This document shows, piece after piece, positions 28,788 through 38,555 of a stretch of DNA of 62,952 nucleotides. This DNA is from Pseudobutyrivibrio sp. GTDB taxonomy: Bacteria > Bacillota > Clostridia > Lachnospirales > Lachnospiraceae. The notes below the pieces were generated by a model. That model did no database searches. It was given only the letters and a program-made list of their open reading frames with translations, and had not been told where the DNA came from. The position numbers and the translations under genes were made by a program. Within the stretch, counting starts at the first letter, position 1, and each line of letters starts with the position of its first letter. The stretch is taken from contig JAILAV010000037.1 in the NCBI GenBank assembly GCA_024681435.1, positions 1 to 62,952 of the forward strand, in the 5' to 3' direction.

Positions 28788-29924
28788 TTAGTCTTCTCCT
28801 GCTTCCATTGAAGCAAGTTTGTTTTTCTTGTATGTAGCAAACATACCTGCATCTAAAGAATCTCTAATTTCTTCCATCATTGTGTTATAGAAATACAAGT
28901 TATGTAATACACAAAGTCTCATTCCAAGCATTTCCTTTGCCTTTAACAAATGACGTACATAAGCTCTAGAATATGAGCGGCATGTAGGACATCCACAGCC
29001 TTCCTCGATAGGTCTCATATCCTTTTCAAACTTCTGATTGAAAAGATTAAGCTTTCCATGATTAGTGTATACATGACCATGACGACCATTTCGGCTTGGA
29101 TATACACAGTCAAAGAAATCAACGCCTCTTTCAACTGCCTCGAGAATATTAGCTGGTGTACCAACGCCCATAAGGTATGTAGGTTTATTCTGAGGTAAAT
29201 ATGGAACAACATGATCCAAAACGTCATACATCTGTTCATGACTCTCGCCAACAGCAAGACCACCTACAGCATATCCTGGTAAATCCAATTCAGAAATAGC
29301 TTTAGCATGCTCTATTCTAATGTCGTTATAAACGGCACCTTGATTAATTCCAAATAATAGCTGCTCTTTGTTAATTGTATCTTCAAGAGAGTTTAATCTC
29401 ATCATTTCATCTTTACAACGATATAACCAACGAGTTGTACGAGCAACTGAATCCTCTACATATTTACGTTCAGCTAAGGCTGGTGGGCACTCATCAAAGG
29501 CCATGGCAATTGTAGAACCAAGATTAGATTGAATCTGCATTGATTCCTCTGGTCCCATGAAAATCTTACGACCATCAATGTGGGAGTTGAAGGTTACACC
29601 TTCTTCTTTGATTTTTCTGATTCCAGCCAAAGAGAATACCTGAAATCCGCCTGAATCAGTTAAGATAGGTCTATCCCAACCCATGAATCTGTGAAGTCCC
29701 CCAAGCTCCTTAATAAGCTTATCACCAGTTCTAACATGAAGATGATAAGTGTTAGAGAGCTCAACCTGACACTTTATTTCTTTTAAATCATCTGTAGAAA
29801 CAGCGCCCTTAATAGCCGCAACAGTACCAACATTCATAAATACTGGTGTCTCAACAACACCATGTACTGTGTGGAAGCGACCTCTTTTGGCTAATCCCTC
29901 TGTCTTTAATAACTCGTACTTCAA
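28788..29924 (-). CDS. tgt: tRNA-guanine transglycosylase
   Basis: TPVFMNVGT, LTDSGGFQVFSL, GGLAVGE, CGCPTC zinc site; TTG start overlaps the aroC stop. Confidence 0.97.
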   Translation of the reverse strand: MKYELLKTEGLAKRGRFHTVHGVVETPVFMNVGTVAAIKGAVSTDDLKEIKCQVELSNTYHLHVRTGDKLIKELGGLHRFMGWDRPILTDSGGFQVFSLAGIRKIKEEGVTFNSHIDGRKIFMGPEESMQIQSNLGSTIAMAFDECPPALAERKYVEDSVARTTRWLYRCKDEMMRLNSLEDTINKEQLLFGINQGAVYNDIRIEHAKAISELDLPGYAVGGLAVGESHEQMYDVLDHVVPYLPQNKPTYLMGVGTPANILEAVERGVDFFDCVYPSRNGRHGHVYTNHGKLNLFNQKFEKDMRPIEEGCGCPTCRSYSRAYVRHLLKAKEMLGMRLCVLHNLYFYNTMMEEIRDSLDAGMFATYKKNKLASMEAGED

Positions 29925-31015
29925 TTCTTATAAAACTCCTTAATATAATCTACTCTATCTGTCATATGACCAAGCATTGCATCACAAATTGTAATGGCAC
30001 ACATAGCCTCTACAACAACTACAGCTCTTGGAACAATAACAGGATCATGTCGACCATGAATCTCAATATCTATTTCCTCGTGGTTCTCATTAACTGTTTG
30101 CTGGCTCTGGGAAATAGATGGTGTAGGCTTAATTGCACAACGTACAATAATATCATCGCCATCAGATATACCACCAAGGATACCACCGCTATGGTTGGAA
30201 AGTTTAACAACTTCTCCATTCTCCATACGGAATTTATCATTATTTATGCTACCCATTGTCTTAGAGGCAGCAAACCCATCGCCAATTTCTACGCCCTTAA
30301 CAGAACCAATAGATACAAGCGCCTGTGATAATCTAGCATCTAATTTATCAAATACAGGGTCCCCTATTCCTGCAGGGACTCCAGAAATTAAACACTCTAT
30401 AACACCGCCTGCGCTGTCGTTATTTAACATGCAAGCTTCCAAATATTCTTCTGCTTTTTTGGCTGCAGTAGGGTCTGGCATGCAAAGAGAATTATTATCT
30501 CGTTCTGATAAATCAAAATCATAGATTTTAACATCTCCGATTGATTTAGTGTATGCACAGACAGTAACACCAAGCTCCTGCAAAAGCTTAGCGCAAACGG
30601 CGCCTGCCGCTACACGGCCTATAGTCTCTCTACCTGAAGAACGACCGCCTCCTCGATAGTCTCTTAAACCGTATTTTTCAATATATCCATAATCAGCGTG
30701 TCCCGGACGAAAAGCTGTGGCAATATTTCCATAGTCCTTTGAATGCTGATCCTTATTTTCAACCATAAGAGATATTGGTGTTCCAGTGGTAACTCCTTCA
30801 AAAACACCTGAAAGAATAGAAACCTTATCACCTTCGGCTCTAGATGTAGTAAATTTAGACTGCCCTGGTTTTCTTCTGTCCAAATATAATTGAATATCAC
30901 CCTCGCACAACCTTAATCCTGCTGGGAAACCGTCTATAACTACTCCTAAGGCCTTACCGTGAGATTCACCCCATGTTGTCACTTTAATAATATTACCGAA
31001 TGTGGAACCTGCCAT
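29921..31015 (-). CDS. aroC: Chorismate synthase
   Basis: GESHG, RPGHAD, RGGGRSSGRET, KPTPSI, GRHDP; start ATG 31015 behind AAGGAGG. Confidence 0.97.
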   Translation of the reverse strand: MAGSTFGNIIKVTTWGESHGKALGVVIDGFPAGLRLCEGDIQLYLDRRKPGQSKFTTSRAEGDKVSILSGVFEGVTTGTPISLMVENKDQHSKDYGNIATAFRPGHADYGYIEKYGLRDYRGGGRSSGRETIGRVAAGAVCAKLLQELGVTVCAYTKSIGDVKIYDFDLSERDNNSLCMPDPTAAKKAEEYLEACMLNNDSAGGVIECLISGVPAGIGDPVFDKLDARLSQALVSIGSVKGVEIGDGFAASKTMGSINNDKFRMENGEVVKLSNHSGGILGGISDGDDIIVRCAIKPTPSISQSQQTVNENHEEIDIEIHGRHDPVIVPRAVVVVEAMCAITICDAMLGHMTDRVDYIKEFYKN

Positions 31016-31041
31016 ATATACCTCCTTATACCAACGACTCA

Positions 31042-31071
31042 AAAGAAAAAGGGCTGCAAACACAGCCCTTG
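31042..31071 (-). terminator. Terminator after the lactonase gene
   Basis: AAGGGCTG/CAGCCCTT hairpin followed by TTTCTTTT. Confidence 0.65.
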
Positions 31072-31100
31072 TCATCAACGATCACAAATAAGCCTAATGC

Positions 31101-32156
31101 TTATTTTAATTCTACTACAACGATACTATTTGGCTTAGCAATCTTAATAGGTGCATTTTGCATTAAAGAATGTCCAGCCTTCTTATCAATTATAAAGCTA
31201 CGAATTTCGTTTGTATCATGGTTAAGAGAAACATAGTACTTATCCTTTGGAAGAATTGCAAAACTCTTAGGATAATCACCGCTTATAAAGCTGTGGGCAA
31301 AATACTCAATCTTGCCTGACTTTGGATCTCTCTTGTACATACATATAGCATTCAAACCATCAACACTTGCGTAGATGAATTTATCATCTTCCCCAAATCT
31401 GATATTTGTACCTGTACTGATTTCTTCATCCTCTCCCACTAAAAGTGATACAGTCTGGATATTTTCAAAATCAGGATGATTCTCAATGATATGATAGTCA
31501 TAAACTAAAATCTCATTTGACATCTCTGTAATTACATATGCATATTTACCATCCTGAGAGAACTTCATCTTAAGAGGTGCAGAACCCATGGTGCATCGAA
31601 CAATATCGACAAGTCTAAGCTTGCCCATGTTGTAATCAATTTCATAAATCTTAATCTGATGTAAACCATTTTCAACTACACAGAGGAATCTCTCATCTGG
31701 TGTAAGCTCTACACAAGTACAGTGTGGGTAAAGTGGTCTATCAGCAACTGATTTACCAATACCCTGATGGAAAATACCGTCGGCGATACCTGCGATACTA
31801 CCATCTTCGTTAAGTTTCATCATTGTAACACGACCATCATGATAGCCTGCTACAAATAAATATCTATTCTGAGAATCAACGCAAAGATTGCAGCCACGCA
31901 TGCCTCCAACCCATTCCTGATTCATCTTTTCAAGATCACCGTTTTTAAGAATCTTGAATGCCGCAACACCTTCATCTGCGATAGAATAAAGGAATTTATT
32001 ATCATGTGAATTAATAATATCTGAAGGATTGTTAATAGGTGCAACACTTTGCTCAGTCAAAACACCAGTGTCAGGATCTACATTGTAAACATAAATACCT
32101 ACACTAGTTTCATGAGTATAAGTTCCTACATAAGCCACGTATTTATTCTCTGCCAT
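31101..32156 (-). CDS. Lactonase-family beta-propeller (6-phosphogluconolactonase-like)
   Basis: YVGTYT start, propeller repeats; ATG 32156 behind GAGGAG. Confidence 0.85.
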   Translation of the reverse strand: MAENKYVAYVGTYTHETSVGIYVYNVDPDTGVLTEQSVAPINNPSDIINSHDNKFLYSIADEGVAAFKILKNGDLEKMNQEWVGGMRGCNLCVDSQNRYLFVAGYHDGRVTMMKLNEDGSIAGIADGIFHQGIGKSVADRPLYPHCTCVELTPDERFLCVVENGLHQIKIYEIDYNMGKLRLVDIVRCTMGSAPLKMKFSQDGKYAYVITEMSNEILVYDYHIIENHPDFENIQTVSLLVGEDEEISTGTNIRFGEDDKFIYASVDGLNAICMYKRDPKSGKIEYFAHSFISGDYPKSFAILPKDKYYVSLNHDTNEIRSFIIDKKAGHSLMQNAPIKIAKPNSIVVVELK

Positions 32157-32178
32157 TGTATTCTCCTCGTAATAAAAA

Positions 32179-33405
32179 TTATGCTTCTTTTCGTCTAAGA
32201 ATATCAAACTCGTCTGGTGCAACACTAAGCTTAATAAATAGCTTCTGCTTTGGATGTGGGCATGATTCCATATCCTCACCATCTTCGTTCTTAATTCCAA
32301 GAACTTCTACTTCTATATTATCTCCGTTTGGCTTCATAATTTCAATAGTTTCACCAACTGAAAATTTATTACGTTGTTCAATTTCAAAATAACCAGCCTC
32401 ATCAGTAGGTCCAGCAATTCCTAAATATGTATAACCTATATTGTAGGTATTATTGTCATATATCTGAGACTCTTCTGATGGCTTACCATAGAAAAATCCT
32501 GTTGTAAATTGACGATATGTACAAGCAGCTATCTGCTCCTTATACCAATCGAGATTTGCAAGATATTTCTCCTCAGACTCCATACAATCATCAATAGCTT
32601 TACGATATGTACGAGCAACTGTAGCTACATAAAGAGCTGTTTTCATACGGCCTTCAATCTTAAAACTATCGATACCTGAAGAAAGTAAATCAGGTACATG
32701 CTCAATCATACATAAATCCTTTGAATTAAAGATGTATGTACCACGCTCATTTTCCTCTACTGGAAGGTATTCCCCTGGACGTTGCTCCTCAACAACTGCA
32801 TACTTCCATCTGCATGGATGTGTGCATTCACCCTGATTAGCATCTCTACCAACAAAGTAATTTGAAAGGAGGCATCGACCTGAATATGAAATACACATAG
32901 CGCCATGGATAAATGTCTCTATCTCAAGGTCGTCTGGAATATTAGCTCTAATTTCTTTAATTTCTGCCAAAGAAAGCTCTCTAGCTGAAACAACTCTCTT
33001 AGCACCAAGATCATACCAGAACTTGTATGTGCCATAATTTGTATTATTAGCCTGTGTACTAACATGACGCTCAATATCTGGGCATATTTCCTTAGCAAGC
33101 ATAAATATTGCTGGATCCGCAATAATAAGAGCATCTGGCTTAATTTCTTTTAACTCTTCAAAGTATTCTCTAACACCATCAAGGTCACCATTATGTGCAA
33201 GAATATTAGCAGTAACGTATACCTTTACGCCATGTTCATGGGCAAACTTAATACCCTCAATCATATCCTCTCTAGAGAAGTTCTTTGCCTTAGCTCTAAG
33301 TCCGTAAACCTCTCCGCCAATATAAACTGCATCAGCTCCATAAATAACTGCAACCTTAAGAACTTCTAGGCTGCTTGCAGGAACTAATAATTCTGTATCT
33401 CTCAT
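32179..33405 (-). CDS. U32-family protein (tRNA hydroxylation TrhP-like)
   Basis: GADAVYIGG, HGAMCISYSGRC, CTHPCRW, KIEGRMK. Confidence 0.92.
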   Translation of the reverse strand: MRDTELLVPASSLEVLKVAVIYGADAVYIGGEVYGLRAKAKNFSREDMIEGIKFAHEHGVKVYVTANILAHNGDLDGVREYFEELKEIKPDALIIADPAIFMLAKEICPDIERHVSTQANNTNYGTYKFWYDLGAKRVVSARELSLAEIKEIRANIPDDLEIETFIHGAMCISYSGRCLLSNYFVGRDANQGECTHPCRWKYAVVEEQRPGEYLPVEENERGTYIFNSKDLCMIEHVPDLLSSGIDSFKIEGRMKTALYVATVARTYRKAIDDCMESEEKYLANLDWYKEQIAACTYRQFTTGFFYGKPSEESQIYDNNTYNIGYTYLGIAGPTDEAGYFEIEQRNKFSVGETIEIMKPNGDNIEVEVLGIKNEDGEDMESCPHPKQKLFIKLSVAPDEFDILRRKEA

Positions 33406-34049
33406 TTTATTCCTTTCACACTAATACTAACTCCATCCCCCAATGGTAATATTGTAGTAGTAAAATCCTCATCGTGAGTAAGTTGAAACAAATAATCCCT
33501 CATCCTCTTATGAATGGTTCGATTGCGTCTTGTGATAGCAAATCTAGATTGAATAATATCTCCATCCTGTAAAACATTGTCTGTTACAACAACACCGCCA
33601 TCAACAATAAGACGTTTTATCTCTGGCCAAAAATTAATGTATTGCCCCTTTGCCGCATCCATAAAAATAAAATCATATGGTCCTTCTAAAGTAGGAAGGA
33701 TTTTCATAGCATCACCTTCCAATAAAGTGATTTGGCCATCCTTTCCAGCTCTTTTAAAATTCGCATTTGCGATAGGGATTCGCGGCTCATAGTTTTCAAT
33801 TGTGGTGATTGTAACATCACTACCTGCTGTCTCTGCCATTAAACATGCAGAAAATCCAACAGCTGCGCCAACCTCAAGGATTTTTTTAGGCCCATTCATT
33901 CTAATTAACGTCTGTAATAGGTTTATTGTTTCATCTCTGATAATTGGCACATATGTATCTAAGGCCTCTTTTTTAATTTCCTGTAATACAGGACTAATTT
34001 CTGGATAAAGACTGTTTAAATAAGTGGTATATCTCTCATCTACAATCAT
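33402..34049 (-). CDS. O-methyltransferase (TrmR/YrrM-like)
   Basis: ILEVGAAVGFS, FIFMDAAKGQY, DNVL; adjacent to the U32 gene. Confidence 0.9.
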   Translation of the reverse strand: MIVDERYTTYLNSLYPEISPVLQEIKKEALDTYVPIIRDETINLLQTLIRMNGPKKILEVGAAVGFSACLMAETAGSDVTITTIENYEPRIPIANANFKRAGKDGQITLLEGDAMKILPTLEGPYDFIFMDAAKGQYINFWPEIKRLIVDGGVVVTDNVLQDGDIIQSRFAITRRNRTIHKRMRDYLFQLTHDEDFTTTILPLGDGVSISVKGIK

Positions 34050-34050
34050 T

Positions 34051-35727
34051 TTATACTTCCATGATAATTGGAATAATCATTGGACGTCTCTGAGTTTCGT
34101 GCCATACGAAGTCAGAAAGATTATCGCGGATATCGCCCTTAATCTTGTTCCAATCTGTAATATTTTTCTCTTCTAAGACTTCCATTGTCTCAGTTAATAC
34201 TGCTCTTGCGCTTTCCATTAAGTCCTCAGAGTCTCTAACGTAAACAAAGCCACGAGAAACAATATCAGGACCAGCAAGAACTGTACCTGAAGCACTGTCT
34301 AAAGTAAGAACTACGATAATAATTCCATCTTCAGCAAGCTTCTGTCTATCTCTAAGAACGATGTTGCCAACATCACCAACACCGATACCATCAACCATGA
34401 TTGCGCCAGTATGTACATGTCCAGCAATCTTTGAATAGTTATCACCAAGCTCAAGGACATCACCTGAATGAATAATCTTGATGTGGTCGTGATCCCATCC
34501 TAATGATTCAGCAATCTTAGCCTGAGCTGTTAAATGCTTGTACTCACCGTGAACAGGAATTGCAAACTGAGGACGAACCAAAGAATAAATGAGCTTGATT
34601 TCCTCAGCACAAGCATGTCCAGATACGTGAACATCCTGCATAACAATTTCAGCTCCACGCATTGTTAAATCATTAATAACATTTGATACAGCCTTTTCAT
34701 TACCCGGAATTGGGTGAGATGAAAATACAATCAAATCACCAGGCTTAATCTGTACCTTTTTATGTGTGCCGTTGGCCATACGCGAAAGTGCAGCCATTGA
34801 CTCACCCTGTGAACCAGTTGTAACAAGTACAATCTTTTCATCTGGATAAGACTTAAGCGATTCAATATCGATAAGTGTATTGTCTGGAATCTGTAAATAT
34901 CCCAGCTTGGAAGCAGTCTCGATTGTATTAACCATCGAACGACCTTCCACACATACTTTACGTCCATATTTATCTGCAGAGTTAATAATCTGCTGAACTC
35001 TATCTACGTTTGAAGCAAACGTAGCGATGATAATTCTGCTTGAATCATTATCTGCAAAAATAGAATCAATTGTTTTTCCTACTGTCTTTTCAGAAGCAGT
35101 AAAGCCTGGGCGTTCGGCATTAGTACTGTCACACATAAGAGCAAGTACACCCTTTTTTCCGATTTCACCAAGACGCTGTAAGTCGATTGGATCACCATAA
35201 ACTGGTGTGTAATCAACCTTAAAATCGCCTGTATGAACAATGATACCTGCTGGTGAATAAATAGCAAGAGCTGCCGCATCCTGAATACTATGATTTGTAC
35301 GGATAAACTCTACTCTAAAATCACCTGCATTAATGTGTGTTCCGTATTTAACAACTTTTCTCTTTACTTTTGTAAGCATCTTATGCTCTTCCAATTTATG
35401 CTCAATCAAGCCATTTGTAAGCTTTGTAGAATAAATTGGGCAAACATTAAGATCCTTAAATACATAAGGAATTGCACCAATATGGTCCTCGTGACCATGG
35501 GTAATGAAGAATCCCTTTAATTTGTCCTGATTGTCCTTAAGATATGTTATATCTGGAATAACCAGATCCACGCCCAACATATCATCCTCAGGAAATGAAA
35601 GTCCGCAATCCACCACAATAATACTGTCTCCATACTCGAAAGCAGTAATATTCATGCCGATTTGCTCAAGACCTCCAAGTGGAATAATCTTCAGCCTCTC
35701 AGCTGTCTGTTCAGTTTTCTTTTTCAA
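34051..35727 (-). CDS. rnj: Ribonuclease J
   Basis: PLGGLEQIGMN, THGHEDHIG, HTGDFK, HVSGHA, PVHGE; TTG start behind GGAGG. Confidence 0.97.
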   Translation of the reverse strand: MKKKTEQTAERLKIIPLGGLEQIGMNITAFEYGDSIIVVDCGLSFPEDDMLGVDLVIPDITYLKDNQDKLKGFFITHGHEDHIGAIPYVFKDLNVCPIYSTKLTNGLIEHKLEEHKMLTKVKRKVVKYGTHINAGDFRVEFIRTNHSIQDAAALAIYSPAGIIVHTGDFKVDYTPVYGDPIDLQRLGEIGKKGVLALMCDSTNAERPGFTASEKTVGKTIDSIFADNDSSRIIIATFASNVDRVQQIINSADKYGRKVCVEGRSMVNTIETASKLGYLQIPDNTLIDIESLKSYPDEKIVLVTTGSQGESMAALSRMANGTHKKVQIKPGDLIVFSSHPIPGNEKAVSNVINDLTMRGAEIVMQDVHVSGHACAEEIKLIYSLVRPQFAIPVHGEYKHLTAQAKIAESLGWDHDHIKIIHSGDVLELGDNYSKIAGHVHTGAIMVDGIGVGDVGNIVLRDRQKLAEDGIIIVVLTLDSASGTVLAGPDIVSRGFVYVRDSEDLMESARAVLTETMEVLEEKNITDWNKIKGDIRDNLSDFVWHETQRRPMIIPIIMEV

Positions 35728-35761
35728 AAAAATAACCTCCTATATATCATATAAACATTTA

Positions 35762-36028
35762 TTAAATTTCAATGTCGGCATCATCGCCAACTAATTCATC
35801 AAATAACTTAGCTACAGCTTCAAGCTCAACATCATCCTCTACAAACTCATAGATAGAATCTGCTCCCTCATTTGTAACCTCTTTTAAGATGTAAGCTGCA
35901 CTTTCTTCTTCGCTTTCATCTTCACTTTCGCATACAAGTAAATACTTTATACCTGAAAGCTGTGTTTCATCAACAACAAAAAGCTCTATCTTTTCGCCAT
36001 CTTCACCATTAAAAATAATCTTTTCCAT
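35762..36028 (-). CDS. DUF1292-family protein
   Basis: Small acidic protein after ruvX in conserved synteny; ATG 36028 behind AGGAG. Confidence 0.85.
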   Translation of the reverse strand: MEKIIFNGEDGEKIELFVVDETQLSGIKYLLVCESEDESEEESAAYILKEVTNEGADSIYEFVEDDVELEAVAKLFDELVGDDADIEI

Positions 36029-36054
36029 TCTAACTCCTAACCTAGTCCGCATTG

Positions 36055-36483
36055 TTACACTTTATAATTGTCTAAATAGTCCTGTAAGATAATCGCGGCC
36101 GCAATTTGATCGATGAATTTCTTGCGGTCACGCTTCGCTACGCCAGATTCTTCAAGAATTTCATCCGCATATACGGTAGTAAGTCGTTCATCTACATATT
36201 CAATCGGAATGTCAACTCGCTTTTCAAGAAGCTTTCTAAATTCCTTAGTCTCCTCGCACCTGAAGCCCTCAGAATCATCCATGTTACGAGGATATCCTAA
36301 TATAATTTTTTCAACCTGGTACTCTTCACAGATTTCTTTGATTCTAACTAATGTGTGTCTAAGAGCGCTAGCTCTTTCACGGGTAATAGTCTCAAGCTCC
36401 TGCGCAGTCAAAAGTAAAGGGTCACTAATCGCGACCCCTACTGTCTTAGTACCATAATCAAGACCAAGAATTCTACCACTCAT
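36055..36483 (-). CDS. ruvX: YqgF/RuvX RNase H-fold nuclease
   Basis: LGLDYGTKTVGVAISD, DERLTT, DQIAAAIILQ. Confidence 0.95.
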   Translation of the reverse strand: MSGRILGLDYGTKTVGVAISDPLLLTAQELETITRERASALRHTLVRIKEICEEYQVEKIILGYPRNMDDSEGFRCEETKEFRKLLEKRVDIPIEYVDERLTTVYADEILEESGVAKRDRKKFIDQIAAAIILQDYLDNYKV

Positions 36484-36749
36484 TATTTACTCCAGCTTTC
36501 GCTTTCAATGTACTCTTTGAGTAGCTCTTCAACAAGTTCATCACGTTCAACCTTCATAATAAGGCTTCTTGCATTATTATGACTAGTAATATATGTAGGA
36601 TCACCAGACATAATGTATCCCACAATTTGATTCACTGGATTGTAGCCTTTTTCCGATAAAGCGCTATAAACCTGCTCAATTACGTCCTTTACTCCAACAG
36701 GATTTTCCTTTTGAACCTTAAAATATTGTGTGTTACTTAAATCTGCCAT
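36483..36749 (-). CDS. IreB/ReoM-family regulatory phosphoprotein
   Basis: [23 protein letters not shown]; ATG 36749. Confidence 0.93.
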   Translation of the reverse strand: MADLSNTQYFKVQKENPVGVKDVIEQVYSALSEKGYNPVNQIVGYIMSGDPTYITSHNNARSLIMKVERDELVEELLKEYIESESWSK

Positions 36750-36821
36750 ATCTACCTCGTCTCTTAAATCATATAATCCCACACTAAACAACTATTATTT
36801 TTCATTTTAATATACACATGG

Positions 36822-38144
36822 CTAAATTTCAACAATCAAGTGCTCTTTGTCCACTTTTAGACCGACAGCTTTAGCCTTTAGTATTACATTTGAATAATCC
36901 TTTTCTGTTGCTTTAATAGCACATTTAATATACTCTTTAGAAAATCCAACGAAGTAATCTTCGCCATTGATTCGAATCTTTTCCTCAAAAAGAATGTCAA
37001 GTGTCTGTCCAACATGATTATTTATATACTCTTTAGACTTTTCATTTCCAAGATCAATTAATTTAGCGCTTCTGTCTTTTTTCACTGCATTGGTAATTTG
37101 ATTAGGCATAGTAGCTGCTCTAGTTCCTTTTCTCTTAGAATAAGCAAATACATGCAACTCAGAAAAGCTAATCTCTTTTACAAAATCCAGTGTAGTTTGA
37201 AATTCTTCTTCTGTTTCTCCTGGGAAACCAACAATAATGTCTGTAGTAATAGCTGGATTGCTGAAATACTTTCTAAGAATGTTGACTCCATCAGTATACT
37301 CCTTAATTGTGTATTTTCTGTTCATTCTAACTAGAACTGAATCACAACCTGACTGAAGTGAAAGATGAAAATGAGGACAGAATTTGTCAAGTGAAGCAAC
37401 TCTCTTTGCAAAATCCTCTGTAACTATCTGTGGCTCTAAAGAACCAAGTCGAATTCTTTCAATACCATCAATCTCATGAACAGCTTCAATTAAATCTGCT
37501 AGTCCAAATTCAGTACCGCTGCCAAATGAACTAAGATGAATACCAGTAATAACAACCTCTTTGTAGCCAGCCTTTGCAAGTCCTGTAACCTCGGAAACAA
37601 CATCTGGAATTTCTCTACTTCTAATACGTCCTCTGGCAAAAGGAATAATGCAATATGTGCAGAACTGATTACAGCCATCCTGAACCTTAACAAAGGCTCT
37701 AGTATGCTCTGAATCCTTTTCAATAACCATGTTTTCATAGGCAACATTACCATCATTAATATCCATGCAATCTAAAATAGGACCACATGGCTCGCCAAGA
37801 TTATTAAAATATTCATGAACCTTCTCTACCAAATCATTCTTTTTATTGTTTCCAAGAATAATATCTGCACCTAATTCATTTACTACATCTTTTCCAAAAT
37901 TCTGAACATAACATCCCGCAGCAACTACACATGCATCAGGATTTAGTTTCTTGCACTTATGTATCATTTGGCGGGATTTTCTATCTGCAATATTGGTAAC
38001 AGAACAAGTATTGATTACATAAACATCAGCCTGTTCATCAAATCCAACTATTTCGAATCCATCATTTCTAAGAAGCTCTTCCATTGCTTCTGTTTCATAT
38101 GCATTAACCTTACAACCAAGGTTGTGTAAAGCAGCTTTTTTCAT
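36822..38144 (-). CDS. mtaB: tRNA ms2t6A methylthiotransferase
   Basis: LGCKVNAYE, NTCSVT, CNQFCTYC radical SAM motif, YSKRKGTRAA. Confidence 0.93.
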   Translation of the reverse strand: MKKAALHNLGCKVNAYETEAMEELLRNDGFEIVGFDEQADVYVINTCSVTNIADRKSRQMIHKCKKLNPDACVVAAGCYVQNFGKDVVNELGADIILGNNKKNDLVEKVHEYFNNLGEPCGPILDCMDINDGNVAYENMVIEKDSEHTRAFVKVQDGCNQFCTYCIIPFARGRIRSREIPDVVSEVTGLAKAGYKEVVITGIHLSSFGSGTEFGLADLIEAVHEIDGIERIRLGSLEPQIVTEDFAKRVASLDKFCPHFHLSLQSGCDSVLVRMNRKYTIKEYTDGVNILRKYFSNPAITTDIIVGFPGETEEEFQTTLDFVKEISFSELHVFAYSKRKGTRAATMPNQITNAVKKDRSAKLIDLGNEKSKEYINNHVGQTLDILFEEKIRINGEDYFVGFSKEYIKCAIKATEKDYSNVILKAKAVGLKVDKEHLIVEI

Positions 38145-38199
38145 TTATATATAACCTTTCTATTAAAACGTTTAAGATGCTGAAAATACTAAGAGTTTA

Positions 38200-38228
38200 T
38201 TGACATTTACTAGCCGTTGTTTTAGTAT
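38200..38228 (+). promoter_or_regulatory. Sigma-A promoter for the HPr-like gene
   Basis: TTGACA-17bp-TAGTAT. Confidence 0.7.
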
Positions 38229-38259
38229 AAAAACAAATAAATTTAGAGGAGGCAAGCAG

Positions 38260-38490
38260 ATGAAAACAGTTCAAATTTCTCTTAACTCAATCGACAAGGT
38301 TAAGTCTTTCGTTAATACTATTAGCCAGTTTGACTATGATTTTGATCTTGTTAGCGGACGTTATGTCATCGATGCTAAGTCTATCATGGGTATCTTCTCC
38401 CTTGATCTTTCTAAGCCAATCGACCTTACTGTTCACGCTGAGGGTGATGCTGAGGACGTAATGTCTACATTAAAGGATTACATCGTTTAA
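38260..38490 (+). CDS. HPr-family protein lacking the His15 equivalent
   Basis: ATG behind GAGGAGG; Ser46-type motif DAKSIMGIFSL. Confidence 0.88.
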   Translation: MKTVQISLNSIDKVKSFVNTISQFDYDFDLVSGRYVIDAKSIMGIFSLDLSKPIDLTVHAEGDAEDVMSTLKDYIV

Positions 38491-38518
38491 TCCTTCTTTT
38501 CCAAAGTAGTAAATAATT

Positions 38519-38549
38519 AGGAGCTTTGCAATTATGCAAAGCTCTTTTT
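38519..38549. terminator. Terminator hairpin between the convergent HPr-like gene and thiI
   Basis: GAGCTTTGCA-ATTA-TGCAAAGCTC followed by TTTTT. Confidence 0.75.
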
Positions 38550-38555
38550 ATTTAC

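Noticed and set aside
33402-35727. Absence of mltG between rnj and the O-methyltransferase; ilvB and queA also absent from their usual neighbours
   Set aside because: Ordinary gene-order variation; genome-wide loss cannot be judged from this window.
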